Part shown: one piece after another, positions 31,921 through 43,893 of the stretch
How the letters are laid out: every line of letters begins with the position of its first letter
How positions within the stretch are numbered: position 1 is the stretch's first letter
NCBI GenBank assembly: GCA_964016885.1
Contig: OZ024741.1
Span: 11,966,001-12,030,000 of the forward strand
Length of the DNA: 64,000 nt
Direction: 5' to 3'
Source: Eledone cirrhosa
Lineage: Eukaryota
Notes under the pieces: generated by a model
Database searches by the model: none
What the model was told of the DNA's origin: nothing
The model's input: only the letters and a program-made list of their open reading frames with translations
Program-made: the position numbers and the translations under genes

Positions 31921-33867
31921 CATACACGGTATACAACTGTAGACACAGACTAGTCATAGTCTGTATACAACTGTAGACATAGACTAGTCATAGACGGTAT
32001 ACAACTGTAGACATAGACTAGTCATAGACGGTATACAACTGTAGATACAAACTAGTCATAGACGGTATACAACTGTAGACACAGACTAGGCATAGAAGGT
32101 ATACAACTGTAGACACAGACTAGACATAGACGGTATACAACTGTAAACATAGTCTAGTCATAGACGGTATACATCCGTAGACATAGACTAGTCATAGACG
32201 GTATGCAACTGTAGACATAGACTAGTCATTGACGATAAACAACTGTAGACACAGACTAGGCATAAAACGGTATACAACTGTAAACATAGTCTATTCATAG
32301 ACGGTATACATCCGTAGACATAGACTAGTCATAGACGGTATGCAACTGTAGACATAGACTAGTCATTGACGATATACAACTGTAGACACAGACTAGTCAT
32401 AGCCGGTATACAACTGTAGGCATAGACTATTCATAGACGGTATACAACTGTAGAAATAGACTAGTCATAGTCGGTATACAACTGTAGACACAGACTAGTC
32501 ATAGACGGTATACAACTGTAGACATAGACTAGTCATAGAAGGTATACAACTGTAGACACAGACTAGTCATAGACGGTATACAACTGTAGACACAGACTAG
32601 TCATACACGGTATACAACTGTAGACATTGACTAGTCATAGACGGTATACAAATGTAGACATAGACTAGTCATAGTCGGTATACAACTGTAGACACAGACT
32701 AGGCATAGACGGTATACAACTGTAAACATAGACTAGTCATAGACGGTATACAACTGTAGACACAGACTAGGCATAGAGGTATGCAACTGTAAACATAGAC
32801 TAGTCATAGACGGTATATAACTGTAGACATAGACAATTCATAGTCGGTATACAACGGTAGACATAAACTAGTCATAGACGGTATACAACTGTAGACAGAG
32901 ACGAGTCATACACGGTATACAACTGTAGACATAGACTAGTCATAGACGGTATACAACTGTAGACACAGACTAGTCATAGACGGTATACAACTGTAGACAC
33001 AGACTAGGCATAGACGGTATACAACTGTAGACATAGACTAGTCATAGTCGGTATACAACTGTAGACATAGACTAGTCATAGAGGGTATACAACTGTAGAC
33101 ACAGACTAGTCATAGACGGTATCTAACTGTAGACATAGACTACTCTTAGACTGTATACAACTGTAGACAAAGACTAGGCATAGACGGTATACAACTGTAG
33201 ACATAGACTAGTCATAGTCGGTATACAACTGTAGACATAGACTAGTCATAGACGGTATACAACTGTAGACATAGACTGGTCATACACGGTATACAACTGT
33301 AGACACAGACTAGCCATAGACGGTATACAACTGTAGACATAGACTAGGCATAGACGGTATACAACTGTAGACATTGACTAGTCATAGACGGTATACAACT
33401 GTAGACATAGACTAGTCATAGTCGGTATACAACTGTAGACATAGACTAGTCATAGACGGTATATAACTGTAGACATAGACTAGTCATAGTCGGTATACAA
33501 CTGTAGACATAGACTAGTCATAGACGGTATACAACTGTAGACATAGACTAGTCATAGACGGTATATAACTGTAGACATAGACTAGTCATAGTCGGTATAC
33601 AACTGTAGACATAGACTAGTCATAGACGGTATATAACTGTAGACATAGACTAGTCATAGTCGGTATACAACTGTAGACATAGACTAGTCATAGACGGTAT
33701 ACAACTGTAGACATAGACTAGTCATAGACGGTATACAACTGTAGACACAGACTAGTCATACACGGTATACAACTGTAGACATAGACTAGTCATACACGGT
33801 ATACAACTGTAGACACAGACTAGTCATAGTCGGTATACAACCGTACAGCTATCAACTTACTTTATCG

Positions 33868-33981
33868 CAGTGTTTCAAAAGTTAAATAGCTGACTTCTTT
33901 AGTGAGAAATTTGCGCCTGGCTTTTCAAAATTTCGCGGCACACTTAGGAAGATCTCGCGGCAGATTGGTTGAGTATCACTA
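33868..33981. mobile_element. Possible decayed non-autonomous hAT/Charlie-like DNA transposon relic
   Basis: Left end CAGTGTTTCAAAA and right end CTCGCGGCAGATTGGTTGAGTATCACTA loosely resemble Charlie-type CAGTG...CACTG termini. CGCGGCA is repeated subterminally. No 8-bp TSD is visible. Confidence 0.3.
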
Positions 33982-34087
33982 AGTTATACATACAGGGAAT
34001 ATATTCCAGAAATCTAACCAATCGTAAAACTAGAACCACACTAACAGTAGTATAATTTCTGTTATGATAATTGCATCCTTATTTTTG

Positions 34088-34309
34088 CTTTCCGACAGGT
34101 TTGCGGTTGTACCCTTGACAGTGGAGACTTCTGGTGTCCTTGGACCAAGAGCTACCTCCCTATTCACCACCATAGGCGCTGAGCTGGCCAGCCACAGGTG
34201 TGAGCCTTGCGAGCTGGAATGACTTTTCCAGCTTGTCTCCTTTGCCGTCCTCCGTGGAAACCACTTCCCCATTCTGTCCGCCGTGGCTGTGGGGAGGCCA
34301 CCAATATGA
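34088..34309 (+). pseudogene. 3'-terminal fragment of an RLE-type (CRE-clade-like) non-LTR retrotransposon ORF
   Basis: Manual translation: LSDRFAVVPLTVETSGVLGPRATSLFTTIGAELASHRCEPCELE*LFQLVSFAVLRGNHFPILSAV. This matches the PxxVETxGxxGP...LFQxxSxAVxRGN pattern at the C-terminus of CRE-like elements. An internal TGA at 34220 is probably a former Trp codon. Recognised from memory, not by database search. Confidence 0.7.
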
Positions 34310-34771
34310 TTGGCTGACTTATCATTTTATCCGTCAGATGTTCTAATGATTCTATATATATATGTCCGAAAGCCACAAGTAAATTGCTTTAGCCGTCGCT
34401 GATGCCTTCTACTCTCAAATCGCATGGGGCCTGGGGCAATTTCTCCCCTTGCCTCCCATTAAAAGTTCAATTTCTGAACTGGGCAGTGCGCAGGTTCTTA
34501 AGCAAGATACTTCCTTTTCTAATGCTCTAGTCCATTTAGTTAGCTAAAATCAGTTGCAACTGTAATTCAAAGGGCCAGCTTTGTCACACACTGCCGCATT
34601 GAATCTCTCTGAGAACTATGTGAATTGTGGCATACGAGAATATGGAATGCTCAGACACTTACACGGTAATTTCATGAGCAAGGTGTTCCATGGAACGAAC
34701 AACTGTAACAATCCTCATCGAAACCGACTGAGGACCAGCAATAACAACAACACCAACATTTATTCAGTAAA

Positions 34772-34908
34772 TATGTGTGTATGTGTATGTGGGTATGTAT
34801 GTGGCTGATTATGTGGGTACGTCTGTGTGTATGGGTGTGTGTGAGTGTATTTGTGTACGTATGTATGTGTGCGCGTGTGTAGCTAATCCTTATAGACACA
34901 CACACACG
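34772..34908. repeat. Degenerate (TG)n/(TATG)n and (CA)n microsatellite
   Basis: Direct reading. Confidence 0.85.
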
Positions 34909-35404
34909 TATCTAAACTATAATAAAGTAAGGAGTGCGGGACTGCGTACGGTTTATAATTTTTTATCCCATTAGTAAAATAAGTTGGATTACTTTGAATA
35001 GATAATGAATGAATGTTACATAATTTATCTACTAAATTTCGTGGCTGTTGATTAAATATATTTTATTGTTTATTTTAAGATTCACTTCTTTAAAATTTTC
35101 AAACGTCAACACTTCCAGTTAGCGATCGCTTAAATAAACATTCATATATTTCCGTCACTAATTTTCTCCTAATGCAGTTTATATATAATATCGTCTTTTT
35201 TTAATGTATCATGGATTACGTTACTGATTACATAAGACAGTGTAACACAGTCTTCCTTCAATTTCTGTGTATATTGTCAATTACGATTTTATTTGATGTA
35301 TCATATATATATGTATATATACTTGCGTATAATATCAATATACACACTACACATGCCAGCAGAAAACCACACGAAGGGTGGTTTTTCTGCTAGTATCTGT
35401 AATG

Positions 35405-35434
35405 ATATATATATGTGTGTGTGTGTGTATATAT

Positions 35435-35495
<61 letters not shown>

Positions 35496-35506
35496 ATTAT
35501 TATTAC

Positions 35507-35543
<37 letters not shown>
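35405..35543. repeat. Compound microsatellite (TA)n/(TG)n/(TA)n followed by (ATT)n (about 35490-35543), immediately 5' of LINE E1
   Basis: Direct reading. Confidence 0.95.
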
Positions 35544-35753
35544 GGTCTGTTCGGACGTCTTTTTGCTAGCTCCCAGCAAGTAACTTTATTTACCTGTTAT
35601 AATAATTTGTTTAATTGTTCTTGTTGTGTAAGGGATAGAAGCCCTTGGGCTTTGCCCTGTGAAGGGGAAAGTATAATATTTGGGCCTTTTGGTCTATATA
35701 TTTGAACAATATTTGAACATTTTACTTTTTAAAATAAAAAAAAAAAAAAAAAC

Positions 35754-37486
35754 ATGGCTGAGTCACGCCCCCCAGCAATATGTCTGCTGTCGTGTGAGGA
35801 GGGTTAGTGAAATTCATACAACAAACACCACCACAAATAACGTGAACAAAGACAACAACACTGAAAACACTAATTTTGAAAAAGTTACCACACCAACTAC
35901 AACAATAACAGCGTCAACCAAAATACAGACAACAGAAAAAAATGACAACAAATGCAACAAGGATATTAACACCACTAACAAGAAAATAAACAACAGCAAC
36001 AACAACAATACAAATAGCACCGAAAACAACAACAACGGTGGCACCAAAAACACAACCAACTACAACAGTGATAACAGCAACACCAACAACACCGTTTGTA
36101 GCAGTAGCAACAGCAACAGCACCAACAACAAGACCAGTAGCAGCAGTAGCGGCAGCAATGATGGTGCCGCTGAAAAAGGGTCACTTCTTTCGCAGGTGTG
36201 GCCCGAGATATAGAGACAGTGCTTGTCACAGTAGACGTACTTTTCGCCAACCCCCAAGAGGCGAAGTCTCACACTTTAGAAACCCTAAAGAGTGAGGAGA
36301 TAGTCTTGGTGCCTTTCTACTGGGGGCCGAAAATTGTGAGGGTCAAAGTGACCCAGGTTCCGCCCGACGTGCCCATACCTTGGCTGGCCGCGTCTGTACT
36401 GGCTGGAATCGAGGAGAAGACCACCATACTGCAAATACAGAGAATGGAAAGAGAGAACTGGTCAGGAAATGCTAATACAGACTGACCAGGAGTGCATCGA
36501 GGCCATCCCAGACATCATAGACCTCGAAGAAGGACTCCAACTCCCTATAATCGTGGAAGGAAGGCGCCCAAATTGCTATCTCTGTGGGCAGAAGAGTCAC
36601 CTCAGGGCCTTCTACCCGCAGAAGACAGCCAAGAAGAGGCCCCCCCCCACTCCTTCCGACGCCTGATCGGCTGTTACCAAGAGCAGGGAAGGCAACAGAG
36701 GCAGAAGACCCTTCCATGGTGAGTAGGAGGGCAACGTCCGTGGCATCCATACCAAGGCCACGGACAACTAAAGCAGCGGCAGCAGTGGCGGCAACACCAA
36801 TTGTCGCAGTAGCTACACTAGCGGCAAAATCGCCGGAGCGGACTCCACTACCACCACCAACAGCAGTGGAGCTCATACCCCTCCCAGACGCCACGGAATC
36901 CGACATGGGGTATGAGGCGGAAGGGAAGTGGAAAACGGTCTGTCACAAAAACAAAAAAGGAAAAACCCCTTAGTTCACCCTCCAAAAGCGAAGGCAGGCA
37001 AAGAGGGGTAAAGGCTGCAAGGAGACTTGCAGCAACACCACCACCATCACCATCACCACCACAAGCATCACCACCAACAACAACCGCACCACCAGCAGCA
37101 GCAGCAAAAACACCAACATCGCAAACACAACAAAACACACACACCTAACAGCAACAACAAGAAAGTAGCAACAAATCCCCCCCCCCCCCCAAAAAAAAAG
37201 TACACATGGCAAATAAAGAACTCTCTTACAACATATAAAGCAGCACACAGACATCACAGAAAAACTACTACACCCCACCAACACCAACAACTCTCCCGAA
37301 AAACATAAACATAGTTGAAATCAAAATAGAACGTTACAAACTGTAAAAGAAAAATTCCCCAACGCAGTTGGAGACTTCAGAGGATCGGCTACCAAGTGGA
37401 TATACACCGACATCCTCTTGGAAACACCCATGACCAGCCAAAGGGACGGTTCTACTGTCCCTTCACCACACGATCAAGGTAAGTGA
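35754..37486 (+). pseudogene. E1 ORF1 (gag-like nucleic-acid-binding protein), frameshifted
   Basis: A-run-CATGG start, Asn/Ser/Thr-rich N-terminus, SFAGVA motif, degenerate knuckle CYLCGQKSHLRAFY, KWKTV-basic motif, C-terminus KFPNAVGDF...VPSPHDQGK*. Split over several frames. Confidence 0.85.
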
Positions 37487-37518
37487 TCCTTTCTCACTTA
37501 CCCCGTTTCTCATCCAAT

Positions 37519-40500
37519 ATGGCCGTACTTAAAATAGACAGTATAAATGTACGTGGCCTGGGGTCATCTTGGATGCAGGGTCACCTGCTCAACGACCTCA
37601 GGTTACTAAACATAGATGTGGTGGCCATCAGCGAGACCAGAATCTCCGAAGCACGAGCCTTCGCACCGATCTTCGGCGGCTACGATGTATACGCATCTCC
37701 CAGCCGTCCAGGATCGGGGGAACGGTTTGCCGTGCTTTTTCGGAGAGGCTTGGATCTCGCCATACGGGCCATCTTCCTGGACCCAGAAGATAAGTCGGGG
37801 GTGCTGGACGTGACCGGAAGCGAAGGCAATGCTTTCAGGCTAGTAGCCGTCTACGCCCCAACAGGGGCAGGACTGCCAGATTTCTTCAGACGTCTAGAGA
37901 CCTTTCTTGGAACGTCCTGCTCTTTAGTGTTAGTGGGTGACTGGAACGGTATGTTAGATGCACACTGGGATTATGTGGGGCTAGTAGACAGGGCAGGAGG
38001 GTGTAAAATCCGTAACAACCTGCTCAGACCTTTTGAACTGTCTGACAGGTATAGACTGGATTATCCGAATGTGCCAATGAGGACATGGGCTAACCGCAGC
38101 AGGTCATCCAGATCTTACTTAGATAGGGTATTCTGTAGGGAAACAGATAAGGCTAGTGTAGGTTGTCCACAATTTAAAGTATTCGACTACATGGACCACA
38201 AATTTGTGATCTGGGAAGTTGACTTAGATAGACTCCATAGGCAAGGGCCCGGCTACTGGAAGCTGAACGCGTCGTTCGCGGCGCGCGAAGCTTACAGAGA
38301 CCGGATTAGCGAATTAGTTAAGCGTGCGTTGATGGGTGCGATCGTCAACAACAGGTGGTGGTTTACTCTGAAAAGAGCTATTAGAGTAGAATCGATAAGG
38401 TTTAGCAAAGGAGTAGTGATAGAGGAAAACAGAGTAGAGGGAGGGTTAGTTAGAAGCTAGAAGAGGCGTTTAGGACAGGCATCGCAACCGACGTGCTTGC
38501 GGCGAGATTAGCACGCGACTAATTCTTCAACGCAAAGCATGAAGGCTGCGTTGTCAGAGCTAGAACGCGTGCTCTAAGACACGAGGGGACGAAAGCCGTT
38601 CAATGGGCCCGGGTGGTGGAGGCGCGACGTGGCAACAAGTACACAATTCGGTCTTTGCCTGATCAAAACGGGCGCATGTTGCTCGAACCCGAGCAGATGT
38701 GTGCGGTTTTTCAACAGCACTTTGCTCAATTATTCGGCAGCGGCGGCGGGCCGTATCGGAGTATGGACTTCGGTGCATACCTCGACGGACTGCCGCGGCT
38801 CTCGACGACCGCAGCGCAGCGCTGCGAAAAGCCGATGAAACAGCAGGTGAAATACGCGATGTCTGACTGCACGCCAGGTTTGGATGGTCTGCCCTACGAG
38901 CTTTATGCGTATATGCCAGAGTTGTTCGGTGACCTTTTGGCAGATGTCTACTGCAACTGGCAGCAGAACGGGAGCATTCCCAGCTCTGTGAATCGGAGAG
39001 CGGTGGTGAGAAAAGACCCGAACAAGGGGGACGTTATAGAGAACTTCAGGCCCATAACTCTGCTAAACACAGAGTTTAAGATTTTGGCTTAGGTGTTAGC
39101 AAAGAGATTGGAGCTTGTCGTCGGTGATCTGGTGGGAGAGGCGCAGACATGCGCCATCCCGGACAGATCCATCCACGGCAACCTCCATCTCATGCGATAC
39201 ATAATAGAGAGGGTGGTTAAGGAACCTGGCACAAGTGGGGCCCTGATCAACTTGGATCAATCTAAAGCATTTGATAGGGTCAACCATCGGTACCTGGTTG
39301 CGGTCCTAGAGGCGGCCAGCTTCAGGCCCGTTTTTAGGGGCTGGATCGCTGCGATGCACAGCAACATCTGCTCGATTGTGAGGGTGAATGGTCACCTGTC
39401 GCAACCATTCAGCATCATGTGCTCGGTCCGCCAGGGTTGACTCTTCTCGTCCCTCTTGTACGTACTGGCCCTAGAGCCTTTACTACACAAATTGGAGACG
39501 ATGAGGGGGGTCCCACGCGAACTGGGATGCGGGAGATCCGTGTAAGCTTACGCCGACGACGTCACCGTGGTTGTATCGAGCACCAAACACGTCCAGATGC
39601 TCGGCACCGCTCTCAAGGAATACGAAGCGGTGACAGGAGCAAAGATAAACCAGGAAAAGTTGGTGGGCTTGCAACTCAGCACCTGGAGAGGCAAGTCCAT
39701 GCCGTCCGACTGCGTCGTGGGCGCTGGACGGAAGGACCAGTTAAATTGCTCGGGGTCTGGTTCGGTCCGGACCTCCAGATGGAGAAAAACTGGAACGAGG
39801 TGACGAGCAGAGTGGCCTCTCTCACCCAGAAATGGGCCGAGAGGAGGCTGTCCGTGATCTGCTACCGCCTGAGCGTCGTACCTTGCCCCCGCCCAACTCT
39901 GACCAAAATGCGCCTTGTCTTCCGCTTTTTGTGGAAGAGACGTGCTCTCATGGTCAGACGATCCATTTGCTATCAACACTCGTTGCGTGGAGGACTAGGC
40001 ATGCCGTGGCTGATGATGCGCAAACATGTGCTGAGGCTGCGACATCTCTGGTGCTTCCTTGACAGTGAACAGATGTGGTCGCCGTTTGCCAGACGCGCTT
40101 TTACCCAGCTCTTCTCCTTGGCGGAGCTGCAGTCCTGGATCAGGAAAAGACCGAGGCATAGCGCTTGGAAGCTGGAATGTCTCCAAGCGATCACCGCCCT
40201 CTACCGGCTAGGCACTAGTATCGGTGAAACATCCACCTCGGCGTTCTATTGAGGGCTAGTGGAGGGAAAGAGCGACGACGTTGTTGGGGAGACCCTGGGC
40301 GTCGAAGACGATCAGCTGTTCGTTCTCCTCAAGAGAACTTTCAGACCGGGGCCTACGGACAACTTCCAGAAATCCCTGGCCTGGCAGTGCTACCGGGGTG
40401 CGTTGCCGGTTCGGGATAAGCTCTACAGGCACGGAGGTGCTGTCAGCCGAGCCTGTCCGAGATGCGCGCAGGGCGACGAAACCGTCCTGCACGCACTCGT

Positions 40501-40873
40501 TCAATGCCCGAGGATTGTTGACTTGTGGAGCTATGTCGAACAGCTGCTGTCGCGTGTAGGACGGATCCGGTTATCGACTGAGTCCATTGTGCAGATAGCC
40601 CCGCCGTCCTCCTTTAAAGCGGAGGAAGGGCAGGCAGTTCCCATCTGCCTGGTGGCAATGGCGAAAGAGATTGTGTGGTGGACAAGATTGAAAGGGTTGA
40701 AGACGGACACTTTCCTCTCCGGCCAATTCCTAATTAACTTTTTCAAGTTTCACTTAAAGAGGAAAATCATGGTGGAGAGGCAAGTGCTGTCTTCTAGTAA
40801 GTTTGTTGAAATGTGGGTGAAAGTGGCGAGTCTGGTCCGAGTGAACGGGCCCGCTCTGAGTATACACCTGTAG
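37519..40873 (+). pseudogene. E1 ORF2 (APE endonuclease - reverse transcriptase - zinc knuckle), multiple stops and frameshifts
   Basis: SINVRG, ISET, VYAP, GDWN, SYLDR, MDH; PGLDG, RPITLLN, KAFDRV, VRQG, YADD (TACGCCGACGAC at about 39549); CPRC...ETVLHALVQC. Confidence 0.93.
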
Positions 40874-41160
40874 ACTGAGGAGTAGGAAAAGTGAGAGAGG
40901 GCTCTTGCTCTGGTGGTCAGGGTGGCCGTGGTTTTTTGTGTGGTTTTCATCACGAGTGACCCTCGGAGGTTTCCCCTTTCTTGGGGAATTTTTGTTGTTT
41001 GAATTTTTTGGATTTCTAGCCCGATTTTGTTATAACCTGTTTACACGACCAAAACCCACTGTGTATCGTCCTGTACTGTTCTGTGCCGTCTGTAATGTTT
41101 TTCTTCGTGTCAGCCCTTGTGGCCAGTAAAGAAACCATTATTATTATTGTCATTATTATT

Positions 41161-41498
41161 GAAAGATGGGTGAGAGAGGCAAGAATGGCCCGAGTGAATG
41201 AGCCTACTCTGAGTATGTGTCTGTAAATTAAAGGTGGAAAACTGGGAGAGGGCACTTGCCCTGGTGGTCAGGGTCACTGTGGCTTTTTAATGGGCTTTCT
41301 CCACGAATGTCCCTCGGAAGTCTCCCCCCTATTGGGGAATTTTTTCATTGTTCTATTATTACATCTTCTGTTTTTTGTTTTTTTGCACGCAGAAATGCCC
41401 TTTTGTACCGTCCTGTATTGTCCTGTACTGTCCTTAATGTCTACTTTGTGTAAACCCTTGTGGTTAATAAAGAAAGCATTATTATTATTATTATTATT
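41161..41498 (+). mobile_element. Severely 5'-truncated copy of the E2/E3-type LINE (last ~21 ORF2 codons, 3'UTR and (ATT)n)
   Basis: Aligns by eye to E2 47248-47588 (GAAAGATGGGTGAGAG...CCTTGTGGTTAATAAAGAAA). Starts directly after the ATT tail of E1. Confidence 0.92.
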
Positions 41499-41711
41499 GA
41501 ATGCTATGGTTGACGGAGGCTCGACTCTGTAAGGTATTGTAAATTTTGACCGCTATAACAATTGTAAATTGTTTAAAACTTTAACCAAATTGTAGACAAA
41601 AACACCCTCCTCCTCGTGAGAGGGGTCTTTCTGCCCATTATTTGGCCCTTCGGGGTTAAATAACCGCTTATTGGGGTTTTGTGCCCAATATTTATTTTAA
41701 ACAAAAAAAAC

Positions 41712-43858
41712 ATGGCTACGAAAAAGAATTTTCATAGGTCACTCCCACTCATTCCGTCTTCTTCTTCCTCAATCGTCACTACAGCAGAGAGAAGATTGTC
41801 TCTCTCCCTCCCTTCTCTAAATGTGTCTCTCTCCCTCCCTTCTCTTTCGAAAGCGACGCCAGAAAAGAAAAATCACGAGCAAAGCGTGCAACATTTCTCC
41901 ACGACGACGACGACAACGACGAAAAAGGTGTGCGGCAAATACGAAAACCCATTTCATTCGTCTGACGTCAGAAATAATAGCAGCAGCAGCCGTAATAACA
42001 GCAGCAGCAGCAACAGTGACAAGGAAAACAACTGTAGCAGCCGCAAAAGCATCAGCAGCAGCATAAACAACAACAGCATTAGCAGCAACAGCAACAACAA
42101 CAGCAGCAGCAGCAACAACAACAACAACCACAGCAACAGCGGCGGCGGCAGTAGTCGTAGTACCTGCAGCAACAACAAAAGTAACAGCAGCTCTGACGAC
42201 AACAACAACAACAACAACAGCAGCAAAGAAAAACCAATCTCGTTTGCAGGTATCGCAAAGAACCTGGAAACCATCCTCATAACAAATGAGGAATTAGAGG
42301 AAGCGAAGAAGATGGTGACGAAAACCGGACACCGAGCAATCTGCAAGGCAGCCGAAACATTTTTCGAAACCCAACAGCACTGTACGGTCACGTACCGTAC
42401 AGTAAGCACAAAATCCCGTAGGGTTGAAAGAGCCACAGAGGCTCAAATACAAAAAGCCTTAGGGTCTGTGTGGCAGCGGAAAACGCACATCACCCGAGGC
42501 AAGAAATATACCACCGTAGACGTGCTTTTTGCCACACCCCAGGAGGCAAAGGCTCAATCCTTAGTGACCCTAAGGAGCGAGGAAATGGTGTTGGAGTCCT
42601 CCTACTGCGGGCAAAAAATTGTGAGGGTCAAACTGACCCACGTCCCCCCCCCAGGATGGCCCCTTCTTGGCTGGCCGCGTCTGTCCTCGTCGGAATCGAG
42701 GACAAAACAACTGTACTGCAAGTACAGAAAAAAGTAAGAGAAGATTGGGTCGGCACCTCCATTGAGATGTTAATCCAAACCAACCAGGAGTGCATCGAAG
42801 CTATCCCGGATGTGATAGACTTCGATAACGGCACTCAACTGCCCATAAGTGTTGAGGAAAAACGCCCGAAATGCTTTCGCTGTGGATCGAAGACTCACCT
42901 CAGGGACTTCTGCAACGAGAAGACCCCGAGAAAGGAGAAAACCCCCCTCCTTCCGAAACCGGCTCCACGGCTACCAGCAACAGGACAAGCGGCAACCAGG
43001 AACGATAGGTTCGTGGCACCCATACCCACGCCACGGAAATCAAGAACAGCAGCAGCAGTGGAAGTATTAACAACAACGACAGTAATACCAAATGCAGCTG
43101 CAACAGATACTCCACTGCAAACATCACCAACAACAACAAGTGAAAGAGTGGAGCTGGTACCCCTCCCGGACCTCACAGAATCAGACATGGAGTGTGAGGT
43201 GGGAGAGGGATGGCAAAGGGTCGTAAGAAGGCACAAACGCAGAAGCAGCGCATCATTGCCTTCGAAAAGGGAGGAAAGAAATGAAAAAAGGGTAAAGGCT
43301 ACTGCAAAGAGACTCACAGCAGAAACACCACCAACACCATCACCACCCACACTAGCACCACCATCACCACCGGCGACAACCCCACCGCCAACAACAACAA
43401 CACCTTCAACACCACCACCACAAGCACCAACATCGCAAACACAACAACAAAACACACACACCCAGCAACAACGACAAGAACATAGCAGAACCAAACCCCA
43501 CCCCCAGAAAAACAAATGCACGGCAATAAATACACACAACAAGAAACTAATGACTTACATAATTGAACACACAGACATTTCACAGCACGGCTACATAATA
43601 CCAACACCAATCAAAACGCCAACGAACATAAGACTGCTAAAAATAGCACAGAAACAATACACAAACATTAAAACGAAATTCCCCAACGCAGTTGGTGATT
43701 TCAGAGACCTAGGAGGGACTCTCAACCGGAGAGTATATTCGGACATACTCATAGAAGAGCCGACGACCAGCCGAAGGGACGATTCAAGGGTCCCTTCACC
43801 AGACGATGAAGTGAAAAGGGATGGACAAACCATCCTTCCTCTACGAAAAGTACGGTAA
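41712..43858 (+). pseudogene. E2 ORF1 (gag-like, single CCHC knuckle), one frameshift
   Basis: ORF-track pieces 41679-42737 and 42470-43858 join by one frameshift near the C9 run at 42644-42652. Intact CFRCGSKTHLRDFC at 42872-42913, GWQRV-basic motif and Pro/Thr-rich linker. Confidence 0.88.
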
Positions 43859-43893
43859 GTGGTCTTTCCCATATTTTCCACTCTATTTTAAGC

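Larger units (their letters stand above)
1..33845 (+). repeat. 34-bp tandem satellite, consensus CTGTAGACATAGACTAGTCATAGACGGTATACAA (roughly 1000 monomers; continues past the left edge of the window)
   Basis: Direct reading: the monomer starts at 1, 35 ... 271, 305 (period 34). Single orientation, point variants and short deletions, no unique spacers. Ends abruptly at about 33845. Confidence 0.98.
35544..41160 (+). mobile_element. Tx1-like (L1-clade) LINE E1, 5'-complete but decayed
   Basis: 210-nt 5'UTR, gag-like ORF1, ORF2 with APE endonuclease, RT and C-terminal CCHC, then a 3'UTR ending CCTTGTGGCCAGTAAAGAAACC-(ATT)n. (ATT)n lies on both sides. Confidence 0.92.

Noticed and set aside
1-33845. 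CRISPR array (34-bp repeat with palindromic core)
   Set aside because: Monomers abut with no unique spacers, there are no cas genes, and the context is eukaryotic.
34420-34462. GGGGCCTGGGGCAATTTCTCCCCTTGCCTCCC, resembling subterminal motifs of some hAT elements
   Set aside because: Too short, with no paired terminus or TSD found.
34581-35705. ORFs rich in IY, CV, HT or poly-N/I/Y
   Set aside because: They are translations of TA, TG and ATT microsatellites.
42644-42652. Programmed ribosomal frameshift at the C9 run in E2 ORF1
   Set aside because: E1 and E3 are in frame at this position. Homopolymer slippage or sequencing error is more likely.
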